From Octopus bimaculoides (taxonomy: Eukaryota), in NCBI RefSeq assembly GCF_001194135.2, contig NC_068996.1:17971849-18014688 (forward strand): 42,840 nucleotides of DNA, read 5' to 3'. A model generated the notes under the pieces. The model did no database searches and had not been told where the DNA came from. It saw only the letters and a list, made by a program, of their open reading frames with translations. Below are positions 11,192-23,042 of this stretch, piece by piece (position 1 is the stretch's first letter; the number at the start of each line of letters is the position of its first letter). The translations under genes were made by a program, and so were the position numbers.

Positions 11192-12252
11192 CTGGGCCTT
11201 GCAAAAGTCCTGTTACACTTATGACGCTCTCAGCAAAGGACACAACAATAGTTTTGATGTAGTAAGACATGTTTTTATTGTCTTAACATATAAATATGTA
11301 CATTATTTACATTTGACGGATATTTGTCCTCATCTTGTTTGCTGTTAACACAACGTTTTGGCTGATATACCATCCAGCCTTCATCAGGTGTCTTGGGGAA
11401 ATTTCAAACTGTGGCAACCAAAAGTCCTTCAACCAGAAGTTCATGTTTAACCCCAACCAAGTGGGCTGGGACACTGTCCTGCTGAAAGACATAGTCCAAC
11501 TTCTTTATGACCTTTCTCACTCAAGGTAGGACTTTCATGGCCAAGATATCCCTGCAGTTGGCTGCAGTGATCCTGTAACTGGCCATGAACCACACCAGGG
11601 CATCTTGCCATTTGAAGCCATGGTGCTTGGTTGTGGACATGTAGTGGACCTCGGAGACGTCCTGGCTGAAGTTGATCAAGCAGTTGTTCTGCTTCCTGAT
11701 GACCAGATTGACCGTGAAGGATTTTTCATCAGAAAAAATGAGAATTTGATTGCCATGCCACTTCAAGTCATTGAGAAGGCAGCTACAGTGTTCCCAATGC
11801 TGTTTTCACATATGGTCAGTGAGCAGAGGCCTTTCCACACACCTTAGGCTCTTGCTGCTTTCCTCCTTGACAACCTTGGACATCATGGCCACTGAGATGT
11901 TGTTCTTTCCAAGTGCAATTATTTTCAGCTTTGGTTTATTTTGAAGGCCTTTCTCACAGCCAGATGGTTGACAACTTGATGTCGATCTTTGAGGTATTTT
12001 CCATTCTTGAGCTTTTCTGCAATTTTTGGTGATGTCAGACTTGTTGTGGCCCATGTGCAGGAGAGCAGAAGTCTTGATTCTTTTCGCTTCCATTTCGATA
12101 CACCTGTACACAATGGAAAAGACATTTTAATTATATGTGCTGGAAAAGTAGAACTTTAAGTATGCTTGACAGCACTTTTTCTACAACACACATTAACCTT
12201 TCGAAAGATCAAAGATCAAAACCGAGTGTAACAGGACTTTTGCAATGCCTAG
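11192..12252 (-). mobile_element. maT/DD37D-like mariner with both TIRs and TA TSD
   Basis: TIRs CTGGGCCTTGCAAAAGTCCTGTTACACT and AGTGTAACAGGACTTTTGCAATGCCTAG flanked by TA; transposase remnants LIFSDEKSFTV and FWLKDFWLP. Confidence 0.9.
11290..11410 (-). mobile_element. Short Penelope-type terminal fragment with minimal hammerhead motif (11348-11391)
   Basis: Minus strand ACAC-CTGATGA-A-GGCTG-loop-CAGCC-AAAA-CGT-T-GTGT; the GAAA core reads AAAA. Confidence 0.65.
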
Positions 12253-12660
12253 TATGATAACAAAAGGGATAAAGGGTATGTAGCTATGAAACATCACCTT
12301 AAAAAAGGTAATTTGCTGAGTATGATTACAAGAATATCATGGAGCCCACATGGCTAAGACCTGCTTTTATTGGGAAAATCACTTTAAAACATATTCTGTT
12401 GTTATTGTTGTGTGTTGAATTCTGTTTATAGTCATCTAAGCACTAAGAGTTGGTGTTAAATAGAGTTGAATAGTAGGCCAAAAAGTTTGCTTTAGAACCA
12501 GGTAGTTTTTGGTTCAGTCACACAGCATGGAAACTTGGGCAAGTGTCTTCTTGTATAGCCCCAGACTGACAAAAGCCATGTGAGTGGTTTTGGACAAAAG
12601 CTGATAGAGGTCCATTCTTATATTTATATATTCACACGTGTATGTGTGTGTGTACATGTA

Positions 12661-13926
12661 CAGGGGTTGGACAAAATAATGAAAACACCTTAAAATTTCA
12701 AACAAATTTATTTTAATATGGGATAGGACCGCCTTTGGCAGTAATTACAGCTTGAAGTTCTACAAGGTATGGACTAGTACAAAGTTTGAATTGTTTCCAA
12801 AGGAATTTTTGTCCATTCTTCAGCTAAAACAGTCTCCAGTTCTTGTAGTGATGATGGTGTAAGATATCTACTCCTTACTTGTTTTTCTAAAATGCACCTT
12901 AAATGTTCAATAATATTGAGATCTGGGGACTGTGGTGGCCAGATAAGATGTTCAACTTCACAAGAATATTCCTCGTGCTATTCAGTAACAACTTTAGCTG
13001 TGTGAATTGGTGCATTATCAGCCTGAAAGATTGCGTTTCCCTTCGGAAACAGTTCTGCAACTATAGGATAAATTTGATCTGATGAAATTCTTAAATAGTC
13101 TTGACTATTAATTCTGCCATGAAGGGAAACCATTGGGCCAGCGAATTATAGTATTCCCAGATCATTACAGATCCTCCTTCATGTTTAATAGTTGGAAGAA
13201 GGCAGTCTGGGTCAAATGCTTCTTTTGGCTGTCTCCACATGTATACTCAGCTGGTGGTCGGAAGTAAGGTAAAGGATGACTCGTCCAAGAAAATAAAATT
13301 CTTCCACTACTCTAGGAACCAGTTCTTTAGGTTTTTACTCCACTCTAAATGCTTTGCGACATTTCTTTTTGAAAGTAGTGGTTTTCTGATTGCAGCCCTC
13401 CTGTGAAATCCGGCTTTGTGCAGCTCCTGGCAAACAGTTTTTGTGGAAACTGGGTTCTCGAGCTGGTCATTAATCTCTGCAGTAATTTTGGAGGCTGTAC
13501 TTTTGTGATCCTTTCTAACAATTCGCGTAAGAGTCCAACAGTCCCTAACTGAAAGTTTTGGTTTCCTTCCAGAATTTTGTTTCGATGAGGAGGTTTTTCC
13601 CTCTTTCTCAAAGGCTGTCAATACTTTCCAGACAGTACTTCTTGATACACCAAACATTTTGGCTGTTTCATTATGCTAGCACCTGCCATACAAGCACCAA
13701 CAATTTGACCGCTTTGAAAGTCCGATAGATCTGTCATTTTAATGAATTTTAATTACCTTATTTTGGTGGTATCTGAAAAGAAACAGCAATTTTCGCAAAA
13801 CATATTTAACAACACTAATAATAAATCAAAAACAATAAAAATAAACAAGCTTTTGACGGTTTTATAAATATTTCAAAATTATGATGCTATGATGCTAGGT
13901 GTTTCCATTATTTTGTCCAACCTCTG
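12661..13926 (-). mobile_element. Full-length Tc1 (DD34E-type) transposon, transposase pseudogenised (13737-12713)
   Basis: TIRs CAGGGGTTGGACAAAATAATG and CATTATTTTGTCCAACCTCTG with TA on both sides. Motifs GRKPKLS, FLDESSF, FQADNAPIH and WPPQSPDLNIIEH, with several stops. Confidence 0.95.
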
Positions 13927-14262
13927 TATGATCATGTTTGTTTCTTTGTCTGGATATCAAGTGGTGTTGGTGGTGGTGGTGATGACAACGATGACAATGT
14001 GAATAATATACTTCATTTGTATTGTAATAAATGTTGGGTGCTATCTCTCAATAACATGATGTAAGAAGTGAATGAAAGGGAGTTTCTGGGAGATAGAGGG
14101 AGTGCATAGTGATGCTCTCATTTTGTATCTGCTAATACATCAACATTATATCTTCATAATGGTCACTAGAATTATCATCTTACATGCTCGAAGCAGTAAC
14201 CAAATCTTCCTTATCAATCTCTCTGTCTACCTTCTTAAACATGTGCCTGACATGCTTTAAAG

Positions 14263-14305
14263 ATGTCAGGAGCCGACATTAGACCTCCAGTTCTATTATG
14301 CAAAA
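14263..14305 (+). CDS. Candidate internal exon (CQEPTLDLQFYYAK) of unidentified host gene
   Basis: AG/GT boundaries; ends in phase 0, matching the next candidate exon; acceptor weak. Confidence 0.25.
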
Positions 14306-14816
14306 GTAATTTATTTTAAACTGTCAATAGTTAACCTCCTGTTATGTCAAAACACTTTACTCATTCCAAACAGCAACTACCAATCCATCTGATTCTATCA
14401 TACAAACTATTTAAAATTTTGTGGCTGTGTTATTAGAAACTTGCTTCTCAACCACATGGTTCCAGGTTCAGTCTCACTGCATGGAACCTTGGGCAAGTGT
14501 CTTCTCAGGCCAAAGAATTTAACTCTTTTGATAACAATCCATATAAGACTACCACCTCTTCTTCTATCATCATTTGTTTTAAAGTGTCCAGATATAGACA
14601 TGCTATTGTATAATGCTACTGAGCATGAAAGTCAGGGTATAGATGAGCTGGAAAAGAGAAACTGGGGTATAAGAGGAATCAGTTGGAGTGAGCAAGAGTG
14701 ATTTCTTCATTGCTATAGACATGTAATACATATGGGTGATGGTTGGTGGGTGAAGAAAGAGGAAGAGGAGGAGATAAAACCTTCCATCATAATTTATGTA
14801 AGATCCTTTCATTAAG

Positions 14817-14913
14817 TTATATTCCTACTACTGGAAGAGGAATGAAATTCAAAGAAGACCTACCAACTACAGCTTTGTTTATGGAAAGGGACCAAATCAT
14901 TTCATTAGAATCA
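14817..14913 (+). CDS. Candidate exon LYSYYWKRNEIQRRPTNYSFVYGKGPNHFIRI
   Basis: Open frame ending A|GTAAAC (phase 1), phase-compatible with the 14998 exon across an 84-nt intron; 5' acceptor uncertain. Confidence 0.45.
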
Positions 14914-14997
14914 GTAAACTTTATTCAATTGTTGCAAAAATCCTTGAGAAGAAGGAATAAAAATGTTTTTTTTATTAATTTTTTTTTTATTTGTCAG

Positions 14998-15170
14998 GGC
15001 AACTGGAGCAAGCATGGTTATATTGGCTTCGTTTGAGACATAATGCACCAGCAGTAGTCAGATTCCGAAGTCTTGATAATGTAATCAGTACTCCAAGACT
15101 TTATCTTCATTGCCAGATGAAGACATCAAACTGCGAAAGCAATTCCACTGACGAAAATAAAGTAAAATAA
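14998..15170 (+). CDS. Candidate exon (R)QLEQAWLYWLRLRHNAPAVVRFRSLDNVISTPRLYLHCQ...ENKVK*
   Basis: Strong T-rich acceptor TTTTTTTTATTTGTCAG and an open frame of ~57 codons in non-repeat DNA; ends at TAA 15168-15170 or at a donor at 15162. Confidence 0.55.
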
Positions 15171-15381
15171 AATGAAATAAAATAAGAAATATTTGTGCAA
15201 GCATAGAAAATAGAATAGAACAGTCAAAAAGAAAATTATAATTCAGAAAATCATTTTTCTATGAAAGGTAAAAAAAAACAAAACATCATACGTACTAGTA
15301 CTAATAAATAAATAAGCAAAACAATAAATATGTATATACATACATACATACATACATACATACATACATACATACATACAC

Positions 15382-15422
<41 letters not shown>

Positions 15423-15449
15423 CAATTATATATATTATCATCAAAGCGA

Positions 15450-15862
15450 AATAGTGACGGTACCTGTACCAGTGGAGCACTAAGAGCACCATTTGAGCGT
15501 GATTGTTACCAACATCGCCTTCCTGGCACTTGTGTGAGTGGCACGTAAAAAGACATTCGAGTGAGGTCGTTGCCAGTACCCCTGGACTGGCTCCTGTGCA
15601 GGTGGCACATAAAATACACCATTTTGAGCGTGGCTGTTGCCAGTACCGCCTGACTGGCCTTCGTGCCGGTGGCACGTAAAAGCACCCACTACACTCTTGG
15701 AGTGGTTGGCGTTAGGAAGGGCATCCAGCTGTAGAAACTCTGCCAGATTGGTCAGATTGGAGCCTGGTGTAGCCATCTGGTTTCACCAGTCCTCAGTCAA
15801 ATCGTCCAACCCATGCTAGCATGGAAAGCGGACATTAAACGAGCATGATCATCATCATCATT
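15450..15862 (+). mobile_element. RTE-tail element with internal tandem GTGCCGGTGGCAC-type subrepeats
   Basis: Homologous to 30560-31015, which follows the RTE RT. Confidence 0.85.
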
Positions 15863-17043
15863 TAATGTCCGTCTTCCATGCTGGGATATACGCGCGTGCG
15901 CACACACACATGCACACACACATACGTACACACACACACACACATGCACACACACACATACGTACACACACACACACAAAATATTTTAAATGAACTGAAA
16001 TATATAAATGAAGAAAAAATTAGTGAAATAAATGAGAAAATGTAAAATAAATAAAGGAGAAGAAGATACAAGAAGCTGAAAGTGTATGAAAAGGAGTGTA
16101 TGTGAAGGAAGGGGATAGAAGGAGTATATAGTGATGGTCAGTATTTTAATACAATTCTTGAAGATGACACTTGGAGTTGGTAAAATATTAGTGGATTATG
16201 GCCCTATGCTAAATTGGTAACACCTAGGAGATAAATGAAAAGATGAGCAACATACATAAGTAGGTGTGTGTGTGTGTGTGTATTTATTAGATAAATATGA
16301 ATCTTAAAAGATATATTAATTAAACTGATGTAGATATTCACTGAGAGTACTCCATGAATAGTTAGAAATGAATTGGGGCTATGGTCAATGTCTATGGCAG
16401 GAAACTTTTTAATGTGGTGCACAAAAATTTACATAGAATAAGGTCTGTGGGCAGATCACAAGTTCTAACTCTTATTTCTATGTAAATCTTGTATATATCT
16501 ATGTATACTTTGAGACACATTAATAAAGATAAGTTTAGCACATTAAATTAATGTGAAACATTTTCATTAACGCTGCCACTGAACTTAGGACGTTTATATT
16601 ACTTATGAGGTATTCTATATTTTTCAGCTAGAGTGTAGTTGGGTCTTAAGGAGGTGGTACAAACCTAGCAATATGTGTTTTATAGTGAAAACAAAATTTC
16701 CATTCAAATGGCAATTACCGGCCGATTTTCAGTTCGAGTACATCTGTTTTAAGTCACAATGGAAATTTGACCTATGTTTCAAATAGACATACAAATATTG
16801 TATAAATTTTATAATTGAAAATTTACTATATTTTGTACATACAAGTATACCAGCCTGCAGGTGCAATAAAACGGGTTCATGCAATTGTGCCTGTGGGTAG
16901 GAGTTTCCCCACCCCTAGTCTATGGAAACTAAATAAAGGGAAAGGAATTATGCATATATTTACCTCCTGGAATTGCAATTTCACCAAGTGGGACACAGGA
17001 TTTGCATGGAGGACACTCAGATCAGCAAAGCTATACTTTAATG

Positions 17044-17509
17044 CAGTGGTTTTGAACCTTGACATTAATGCCTCTTTGGAGGTATTGTAAGCACAGAAAG
17101 GGTTGGCAAATGTTAAGGGAGGCCACAAGAAGTGCTTGGTGTTTAGATAAGTCATGATTTTTGTTACAAATACAATAATTAAACCAAGTACAATATTTAT
17201 ATTTTAAACAAGTTTTCAAGAAACTTTGTCAGCATTAAAAATATGAGTCAGATATTGTGATATCAGTGAGAAGAAAACGTAAACAGATAATTCATCAAGA
17301 TCCAATGAAATTTCATTATAGAAGTGGGACATGTATTAGGCAGGATATTATAGGAGCATATGGATAATAAGCTATTGCAGGAAAATAATTTTCATTTGAT
17401 TAAAATATCTCTTTATCTCCCTACAAAATCATATGAAGGGTGGGGCATTCATAAAAGGGCATTCATGAAAGTATCAAGGGGCTGAACTAGTAAAGGTTGA
17501 GAACCAGTG
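17044..17509. mobile_element. hAT-like MITE
   Basis: Termini CAGTGGTTTTGAACCT and AGGTTGAGAACCAGTG form imperfect 16-bp TIRs; TSD unclear. Confidence 0.5.
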
Positions 17510-17942
17510 CTATACAGTAGGCTAAAGTGTGACATCTGTTGAAAAGGGAGATCTGAAACCCTGTTAGTGACATTTCAATGAATTGGATGGTCTGATTGCA
17601 CTGTATAGGAGAAGAGAGAGACTAACACTATTGGAGTGTTACAACAAAAGTATAAAAAGTTGTAGAGTAAAATTGAATGAATAAACAAGAAAGGAAAAGC
17701 GAAATTACTGGAAAAAGATCTGCTACACTGGCTGCACAGGCTATATTTTGTGGCAAAGGTGGATATGAATGTACCAGAGCTTTTTGTCTCCTAGCCTTTA
17801 TAAAAGTTGGGTTGGTAGTTGATGTGTCTTCAAAAATAGAAAAAAACCCCAAATCTATCTGTCTGTCTGTCTGTCTGTCTGTCTTCTGTCTGTCTGTGTC
17901 TCTTTCTCTGTGTGTGTGAAAGTATATATGTATGTGCTCGCA

Positions 17943-17999
<57 letters not shown>

Positions 18000-18155
18000 N
18001 NNNNNNNNNAAAAGACAACAAAAGAAAGAAAGAGACCGTGATATTATGTAAATAGAGGAATTTATCTGTAAAAAAATGTGACAGTTATTCCGTAGCCATG
18101 ATAAAACTCTGAGTTTCGGATGCTGGGGCGGAAACCCACACCGCCATCTCTTCTA

Positions 18156-18263
18156 CTCCAGCTGGCTATACATCTCCAGCTGGCTATACGTCTCCAGCTG
18201 GCTATACGTCTCCAGCTGGCTATACGTCTCCAGCTGGCTATACGTCTCCAGCTGGCTATACGA
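18156..18263. repeat. Six near-perfect 18-bp tandem units CTCCAGCTGGCTATACGT
   Basis: Direct reading; only the first and last units differ, by one base each. Confidence 0.97.
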
Positions 18264-18899
18264 CACAATCTGTGTCCTTATATGTTCAAACAAAGGCGTT
18301 TAGCACCCCCACTCAGCTCAAAACAATATCTGTGTATTGGGTTATTTCCCTTCATCAGCACAGAATAACTTTTTGGCTCCTGGGGCTAAATTACAGCAAC
18401 ATTTGTCCTAAACCAGGACTGCGATGTTATATTGGCAAACAATCTTTACTCTAGAGTACTGTTGCTGAATATCTCTTGTTGAATATCTCTTGATGAGAAA
18501 TTTACAAATAGTAATTTTCTACTTTATAGATCAGTGACTAGTTGTCACTTTGAAAACTATATATTTTGAACAGGAATTTGGTAGCATCACCTCTAGCCGA
18601 ACAATTTTTTGCACCGTGAGTGACATTATGCTATAAAACGTTATGTGAGTTCGTTCCTGTGTGTTTTTGTACATCATTTTTTGTGTTATATTTTGAATAC
18701 TTGTTATTTGAACTGTTGTACGTTGAGAAACAGTAATTTTCACCATTGGGGGCAGAAAATTCTGTTGGATTATTATTTTGAAAAAAAAAAAAAATTATTG
18801 AACTGTTTGTTATACCCATTACTGGGTTTATTTTTTGTGAACTTGTCATTTGCGACAAAGTTTTAAAAAATGTTTTGTGATGGAATTTAATAGTGCATC

Positions 18900-20400
18900 C
18901 TAAAAGGATTTTCCTGCGATGGGAAAAACATTAACAAAGTAATAATGAGGAAGCACAAGAAAAACCAAATTTCTTGGCAACAGTGGGTCAAAACGTGACT
19001 GAGTTAGAAGCAAAAATGGAACAACTGCTCAAGTTCTGAAATTTAATTAAAAAATGTGGCGGCGACACTAAACTGTTGCCACCTCCTGAAACGGTACAAG
19101 CAATTAATGCTTGAAGCGTCGTATATAAGATTTACAACCTGAAGGAAAAGTGAATAATGGAAGCCAAGAATGAAGTGGTGGAGAGGTGCATGGCACCAAT
19201 ATGAAATCAGGTATACTACGTTAGCCGTGGAATGCAAAGCGCGGCTGTCAAAGTGCAGTTCCAAATGGTTAACATAGCTAAGGAGGTGTCAACAAGGACA
19301 CTAAAGAACAAGGAGATAATGCTGCTACCCACATACTTGGGATGCAGAACTGCAAAAATTACAGTCGAAGAAATCTCAGCAGGATATGAAGTTATGTGGG
19401 TAGCAGCAGCAGTGATTTATGACGTAGAGGAGGAGGTGTCCATCTTACAGATGAAAAAGAAGGACGCTATAAACTGGAAAGGCCAGACACTAGAAATGGT
19501 GGTTCAAGCTGCGAATGAAACCCTAGAAAATTTACCCCATAGGGTATTTGTAGGGGAGGGGGCTATCAATGCGAGTGGCTGTGGAGGGACAAGTGTGGAG
19601 AGAAGGGCTACGTTTGCTCCAAGTGTATCAAAAATAAAAAAGAGAATGAGTCCCCTCCCTAAAAAGCTGTAAAGGGGCTGAAAGAAAAAACAGACAAACC
19701 GGAAAATGTTTCAAAGAAGGAACAAAAAGTAGCTGAGGAGAAGAAAGACAAATGAAGAAATGGATTTTACTACAGTCACACACAAATGAAAAAAGACACA
19801 TATTCCCTGACTCCCCACCCCAACCCCATGGTAAAATCATTTATCAGCCACCACCACCCTCCCAAAAAAACAAAAACTGGCTTTTAGAGAGAAAAATGAA
19901 GTGTTGTCTAAAATAATTAGAGCACACCATAAGGCACACGTGTACAAAATATTGAAAGACACACCGACAAGCATTAGATTTGCAATAATGGATGAAAGCC
20001 TATTAACAGACCTGAAAGCAAGTTACGCGAATGGTATAAGAGATGTCAGCACTGAAGTGGCGGGGGTGGAAAATTAATTCTAAACCCGGCAGCCACACCA
20101 ATGAAAAGCCCAGCAGCTTTTTGTTCCTTCTTTGAAACAGTAAGTAATTCCTTTCTATAAATTTTCATCATGTTGATTAAGCTAGGGTGCATAAATGTGT
20201 GTGGGCTGGGGTCGGAATGGAAACAAGCTTGTTTCCTGGACGACCTCAGGTCATGAGATATAGATGTGGCCATTGTAACTGAGTCCAAGATGAGTGGAGC
20301 ACAAGTGTTCTCACCTCTTCTAAATGACTAAATGAGAAATTTATTTCTCCTAGCCAACAAGGAGGAGGGGATGTGATGGTTTTCTTGGGATTAGCCTTGC
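18900..20400 (+). mobile_element. L1/Tx1-like LINE 5' portion: decayed ORF1 and start of AP endonuclease
   Basis: ORF1-like remnant 19232-19672; at ~20180 GCINVCGLGSEWKQACFLDDLRS*DIDVAIVTESK matches the APE N-terminal motifs (N..G, D...TE). Confidence 0.75.
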
Positions 20401-20460
20401 ATTTCCTTCACATTGTTCCTTTATACAATATATGCTACACAATACTTCATAGTAATTATT

Positions 20461-20493
<33 letters not shown>

Positions 20494-21182
20494 NNNNNNN
20501 NNNNNNNNNNNNNNNNNNNNNNNNNNNNNNNNNNNNNNNNNNNNNNNNNNNNNNNNNNNNNNNNNNNNNNNNNNNNNNNNNNNNNNNNNNNNNNNNNNNN
20601 NNNNNNNNNNNNNNNNNNNNNNNNNNNNNNNNNNNNNNNNNNNNNNNNNNNNNNNNNNNNNNNNNNNNNNNNNNNNNNNNNNNNNNNNNNNNNNNNNNNN
20701 NNNNNNNNNNNNNNNNNNNNNNNNNNNNNNNNNNNNNNNNNNNNNNNNNNNNNNNNNNNNNNNNNNNNNNNNNNNNNNNNNNNNNNNNNNNNNNNNNNNN
20801 NNNNNNNNNNNNNNNNNNNNNNNNNNNNNNNNNNNNNNNNNNNNNNNNNNNNNNNNNNNNNNNNNNNNNNNNNNNNNNNNNNNNNNNNNNNNNNNNNNNN
20901 NNNNNNNNNNNNNNNNNNNNNNNNNNNNNNNNNNNNNNNNNNNNNNNNNNNNNNNNNNNNNNNTTTGGTTTATTTTTATGTGTCTTGACTATACTATACT
21001 GATGAGTGAAGATTTATAATACTATAATGATCACGAAATCGGCGATCTATATTTAAGTCTGTTTTTAAAAGGCTAGCTTCTTCGAGGGTTGCATTTCCTT
21101 GCATTCGGTAAAAATGTGTTTATTACGGTAGTTAGCGTGAGGCATTCTTGTATAGTTATGCCCTTATATATGTGTGTGTGTG

Positions 21183-21218
<36 letters not shown>

Positions 21219-21359
21219 TGTATGTATGTATGTATGAGCTAATAGCTTTGCTTTCATTAGTTTCAGTATTAATAGTGAAACTATTAAAACTGAAAGTATT
21301 GTCTCACATTACAACAGAGATGTTATTGTTTCACTTTTGGCATGTAATACTGAAATAAT

Positions 21360-21548
21360 GTAAGAGATTAGAGATTGCTCCAAGCTTGCATTAGGCAAGA
21401 AGTTGAAAATATTTTTGGTTCATGACATTGCACAGACCCTAAGTAAGGCTTGTGTAAAATTTGAATGAAATCGGTTGGGTAGTTCTTGAGCTTTAGTGAT
21501 GCACACATACAGACAGGCACACATTCTCAGTTTTATATATTATATAGA
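21360..21548 (-). mobile_element. Non-autonomous Helitron-like 5' end
   Basis: Minus strand A|TCTATATAATATATAAAACTGAG-(microsatellite)-CTCAAGAACTACCCAACCGATTTCATTCAAATT follows the layout of Lep1-type Helitron 5' ends. Confidence 0.55.
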
Positions 21549-22399
21549 TGTGTGTGTGTATGTGTGTGTGTGTGTGAGTGTGTGCGTGTGTGTGTGTGTG
21601 CGCGCACACATATATGTATGTATACACACATATATATATATATGTATACATACACATGCACACACATATATACATATCTATCTATTACCTATTATCATAC
21701 ACACACACGTACACACAGACAGACATATAGACAGACAGACATATAGACAGACAGACACACACACACACAACAGGATAGAGGAAAAATATGACTGAGGGAA
21801 AGAAAGCAGCCCAGACTAGTCTAAACAATGGAAAAGTGAGAAGGAAAGAAGGAAGGTGAGAATTATGTTGCAATGCTATGTCACATAATTCTCTTCATTC
21901 TAAGAAGAATCATTGTATTTTTTCTTTTTTGTTGTTGTTTGTTCATTGAATACAAGGAAAAAAAGTTGACATGCAGCAGGTTGTGAGGTAGGTTGGTGAT
22001 GGGGAATTTTCCAGCAACATAGGTCATTTAGTTGAATTTTAAATATTGCCTCACTCTCTCCCGTCCTCTTCTTGTTCTGTTTGGCTACATCTGCCTGCCT
22101 ATTGGTTTCTGTGTGTCTCTTTTTCTCCCTCTCTCAGTATTACTTGATCTCTACTTGTTATTGTCTTTAAATGCTGTTGTCAGCCAGCCCTTGGTAAAAG
22201 AGGGGTGACTGTAGCATAGTTTGAGTGTATGTCGCCTGAGGCAACCCTTGAGTGTTACACACTACACCACCACTAACCTCATTCCCCCATCTTATACAGG
22301 CTTGCAAAAGACCCAAAAGCGGCATCCTTATAAAAGTGTTACTCAGGGTGAACTGCTCAACCCTTACTATGCTACTGAGGGTTTTAAGGGATACTTTTT

Positions 22400-22760
22400 T
22401 ACTCTTACTCTTTTACTTGTTTCAGTCATTTGACTGCGGCCATGCTGGAGCACCGCCTTTAGTCGAATCAAATCGACCCCAGGACTTATTCTTTGTAAGC
22501 CTAGTACTTATTCTATCGGTCTGTTTTTGCCGAACCGCTAAGTTACGGGGCCGTAAACACACCAGCATCGGTTGTCAAGCAATGGTGGGGGGACAAACAC
22601 AGACACACAAACAGTTTCCGTCTACCAAATCCACTCACAAGGCTTTGGTCGGCCCGAGGCTATAGTAGAAGACACTTGTCCAAGGTGCCACGCAGTGGGA
22701 CTGAACCCGGAACCATGTGGTTGGTAAGCAAGCTACTTACCACACAGCCACTCCTGCGCC
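22400..22760 (-). mobile_element. Young full-length CORE-type SINE
   Basis: Complete head (…CTCCTGCGCC on + strand) and tail with CpGs retained; homologous to 5545-5955. Confidence 0.9.
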
Positions 22761-23042
22761 TAGAAACTTTTTTCATAAAAACAGTCAAAAAAAAAAATTC
22801 CCTTGTACCATAAAGTCAGAAGTGGTAGGCATGGAAGGACAGGTGTATGACACAGTACAGGAAAGACAAAGGACTAAAAGGATGAAGAATAATAGTTAAA
22901 TATTTTTTTAATGAATTTACTAAATACTTCTCAGACTGGAACAAGGACATATATTTTAAGGAAGGAAATAATCAATAAAATTGATCCTTGTACTTCATTG
23001 CTACTTTATTTTATTGACTTCTAAGATGATGAAAGAAATCAC

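Larger units (their letters stand above)
10823..12272. mobile_element. Decayed TTAA-type MITE split by nested insertions
   Basis: Imperfect termini TCAATACTCTTGATACC and TGATAACAAAAGGGATAA. MITE body pieces at 10823-10937, 11098-11191 and 12253-12272 surround a SINE and a mariner. Confidence 0.45.

Noticed and set aside
16815-17155. Overlapping 91/92-aa ORFs on both strands
   Set aside because: Partly inside the hAT-like MITE; the implied minus-strand intron would be only ~35 nt; no consistent phase with neighbours.
18156-18263. Regular short repeats as a CRISPR array (also 27782-27960)
   Set aside because: Units are contiguous with no unique spacers, there are no cas genes and the context is eukaryotic.
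22185-22392. Imperfect inverted repeat (GTAGCATAGT/ACTATGCTAC) with CCCTT...AAGGG ends
   Set aside because: Too degraded to call; possibly an old MITE.
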